Part shown: positions 58,830 through 62,000 of the stretch, piece after piece
Layout of the letters: every line of letters begins with the position of its first letter
Position numbering within the stretch: the first letter of the stretch is position 1
NCBI GenBank assembly: GCA_013265495.1
Contig: MU058065.1
Span: 5,764,302-5,826,301 of the forward strand
DNA length: 62,000 nucleotides
Source: Vicugna vicugna
Taxonomy: Eukaryota
Direction: 5' to 3'
Made by a program: the position numbers and the translations under genes
Notes under the pieces: generated by a model
The model's input: the letters and a program-made list of their open reading frames with translations, nothing else
Told to the model about the DNA's origin: nothing
Database searches by the model: none

Positions 58830-59647
58830 CTAGGGGTTGCCTGGGTAGGAGCGCAGCAGCACCTTGTGACGGGTGGCAGCCTCAGCCCGGCGGCGCCGCT
58901 GCTCGCCCAGGAACTCCTTGAGCCGGTTGGTGGTGAAGGTGAGCGTCTGGCGGCGCAGCTTCATCAGGTAGGCGTCCTGCAGCCACGGATGGGCCAGACA
59001 GTCCTGCAGGGAGGGCCGGCTCCTGCCAGGCCAAGCCGGGGACCGTAAGCCAGGACAGATGGGCCCCAGACCAGGGCGGGGCCCCACCTGGGCGGGGCCC
59101 CACCCTCCCAGAGATGGGGGCTCCAATCCTGGATTCATCCCTGGTAAGTGATCTTGGGCAACTCTGGGGCTCAGTTTCCCAATCTCTGGAATGAGGACAG
59201 TGATTCTGCCTATGTCCAGGAGTGTTATGGGCTTTAAATGGTAGTAGTACAACCACTTAGTAGTAGTGGTAATAGTAATAGTAATAGTATTAGCAACAGC
59301 AGCCACAGTGTATTATTAGGCATGGGCTAGGCAGGGGCAGGTCATGCTGGGAGGTTGGCAGGTGTGGGACCCACTCACCAGGGATGTACTGAGAGGACCT
59401 TTCGCAAGAAGAGGGTGGCGCTCTGGGACGTGTTGGGGTACAGCTGGAAGGCATCAAATCGACCCCCCACAATGCGAGCCTCTGTTTCCTGGGGGTCTGT
59501 CTCGTAGAACGGGGAGCGTCCACTGAGCCTGCGGTGGAGACAGTTCAACTGACATATGCAAATTGAGGGTTACAGGGCCAGGGGGACATTAGTGTGGGGG
59601 TTCTTAGGGACACAGAGCTCAGAGACAAGGCTACTCGCACCTGGGCA

Positions 59648-59684
<37 letters not shown>

Positions 59685-62000
59685 ACCAGTGTGCACATGC
59701 ATGTGTGGCTAGGGAGGTGGGTGGGGGAGAGGGTGCAGGTAGAAGGTGGTCCCAAGGGCACTCACATGATGTACGTCAGCACACCCACTCCCCATATGTC
59801 CGTAGCAGAGCCGATGGGGTCTCCCTTCACCATCTCAGGAGCTGACAGGAGACAAGAGGCCAAATTGAACCAGCTTCCTGGTGGCAAGGGAGCAGGGAGG
59901 GGCAGAAGAGGTCCCTAGGGGCTTGAGGACCAGGATGCCCAGGTCACCAGACCATGGGTAGGACCAGAATAGCAATCCCTGGATGCCAGTGGGCAGAGTG
60001 GCCCCTGGGGAGACGTAGGGCACTGAATGGTGCGAGGGGAGTTGGGGGTCACCAGAACTGCAGAGGAGCTGAGAACCAGGGTCACTAGGTCCCTCAGATC
60101 AGCTCCAAAGTAGGGTTCCCAAACAGCGTGGCTAACACTTGAGATTAAGACCCTTTGAAATCAGCTTGGCTGGCTCTAATCCCAGGCCTGCCCCTTCTAG
60201 CTCCAGGACCCTGGGCAATGTACTAGACCTGCCTGGCTCTCCATCCCCTCATCTGTAAAGTGTGGCTTGCAGAGTAACTCTAAGGAATGGAGATAATAAA
60301 CAGAAAGTATTTAGCAGGTAGCTAAATGGTAGATGGTTTCCCTGATTTATAGAAATTAATAATTGACTCTCCTGTTTTTCCAGCTTTATCAAATACCTGG
60401 CTCTACCATTTATAACTGTCTGATGTTAGACAAATACTTAACCTCAATGCACCTCTGTTCCCTTATCTGTAAAATGGGGGTGATATGCCAGTTTCAAGGG
60501 TTACTGTAAAGAGAAATTTTTTTTAAATCCATGGAAAGGACTTAATTCAGTGCTTGCATATAAATGGCACGTGTGTGAGCGAAGTGGGGTAAGCCCTGGT
60601 TGCTGCCCCTTTGGCAGTGACCCAACCCCAACCCTGGCTGGCACGGTGCCCTCACCCATGAACTCCAGTGTGCCCGTGCGGTGGCCAAGGGGCCGCAGGG
60701 CCTGGGGGTTGTAGGGCTGGGCGCTGCCAAAGTCCACGATCTTGAGGGCGTTGTCAGGGGCCAGCAGCAGGTTGTCTGGCTTGATGTCCAGGTGCAGCAC
60801 ATGGCGGCCATGGAGGTAGTCCAGGCCTTGTAGCAGCTGCACCACGTAGGTGGCCACGTCATCCTCTGAATACCGGAACCTGGAGAGGTGGGGGAGGGAA
60901 CAGGTGATATCTGAGCTCAGCTCTCCCCACCCTCCCTCCCTGCTCCCCTAGAAGGCCCAGTACCTGTCACTGAGCCCACAGAGGAGTTCCCGGTTGCCGC
61001 AACTCTCAGCGATGAGCACGAGGTAGCGTGGGGTGATGTAGGCCTCGTGCAGCGACATGAGCCGCTCGTGGTGCAGCGTCCGCAGCACCTCATACTCCTG
61101 CAGGACCCGCCGCTTGCCCTCGGCCGCATAGGGGACGATCTTGGCCACGAACGTTCGCCCAGTGGCATTCTCCCGGCAGGCGCGCACTACTCCAAAGCGG
61201 CCCCTGGGTGTTGGGTGGAGATAGCACAGGCTCAGAGGAGAGAGGGAGACACCTCCATGGTGAGGGCTAAGCAAGGGGGAGCAGGTATCCCCTGGGGGCA
61301 AGAATGCAGTGTGGGGTCTGGAGTTCAATCCTAGGAACCTGGGTTTGAGTCCCAGCTCTGCCACTTACTGACTTAGTCCCTGAGGCAAATCCCATAACCT
61401 CTCCTCTCTAACCTCAGTTTTCCCATCTGTGAAATGGAATAATGCAGTGTCTCCCTCTCAGTTGTGAAAATTAAATGAGATCAAATAGCTAAGAGCTTAG
61501 CATGGTGCCTGGCACAAAGAAAATCTGAACTTAATGGTGCTAAGGACCCAGATCTCCGTGCTTCCTGCCTTTGCCCCACCCCTTCTCCCACTCCCCGACA
61601 CCAGGCCCAGGCAGGCTGGTCTTCCCTCTGAATCCCTGTGTCGCCAAAGTTCCACCCACTCCCCACTTCTGTCCTCCTTCCCTTTCCCAGCCCTGGCCCC
61701 ACTTGCCTGGCCTTCTCCTCCAGGAAGGTGTAGGGTTTCTGAGGGAGGCCCTGTCGCAGAGTGGTACCCTCTGGCCTGGAAGAGCTAGGAGGACCACCTC
61801 CAGGAGAGCTGACCACCTCCTTGGCTGGACTGAGGCTCTGCACAGTCACCTTGGTGGGCTCAGGAGGGGGCTCAGGGGCTGGGGGCTCGGGGGCTGGTGG
61901 TGCAGACACAAAGGAGGTCACCACATACAAGGGAGTTGAGGAAGATGTTGCTTTTACCCCTTGAGGGGTGGAGGCTGGGGTCGGGGTCCCAGTGTCAGGG
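58830..62000 (-). CDS. SPEG: Striated muscle enriched protein kinase, last 6 exons (second kinase domain); 5' part lies outside the window
   Basis: Exons >62000-61707, 61203-60964, 60879-60656, 59841-59766, 59528-59379, 59022-58830. Kinase motifs [30 protein letters not shown]; ends …[13 protein letters not shown]. The first intron shown has a GC donor. Confidence 0.96.
59652..59682. repeat. (TG)~15 microsatellite in a SPEG intron
   Basis: Read directly from the sequence. Confidence 0.9.
61310..61535. mobile_element. MIR SINE (further MIR fragments at ~60140-60500)
   Basis: ctgggtttgagtcccagctctgccacttact…cctcagttttcccatctgtgaaatggaataat…gagcttagcatggtgcctggcaca. Confidence 0.7.

Noticed and set aside
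36000..62000. Ortholog of a human antisense lncRNA across ASIC4-GMPPA-SPEG
   Set aside because: No exon structure can be supported from the sequence alone.

Overview
Mammalian (probably laurasiatherian; one short L1 insertion looks artiodactyl/camelid-like, unverified) GC-rich, gene-dense region syntenic with human 2q35, shown in reverse orientation. In order: 3' end of OBSL1 (+), TMEM198 (-), CHPF (+), ASIC4 (-), GMPPA (-), a multiply disabled SPEGNB (-), and the 3' end of SPEG (-). I assembled exons by hand from splice sites and reading phase. TMEM198 (360 aa), CHPF (775 aa), ASIC4 (539 aa) and GMPPA (420 aa) give complete, intact frames. Repeats are mostly ancient MIR/L2/MER fragments and microsatellites. 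Best leads: apparent unitary pseudogenisation of SPEGNB; a candidate 15-nt in-frame microexon in GMPPA; a candidate in-frame alternative first exon in an ASIC4 intronic CpG island; a long uORF in frame with TMEM198; a perfect DR4 inside a 15-half-site array; a frame-scrambled ASIC4 N-terminal extension; and two GC-AG introns. No prokaryote-type or clearly new multi-gene system is visible. Comparisons with human proteins are from memory, not from a search, and repeat family names and boundaries are by eye.
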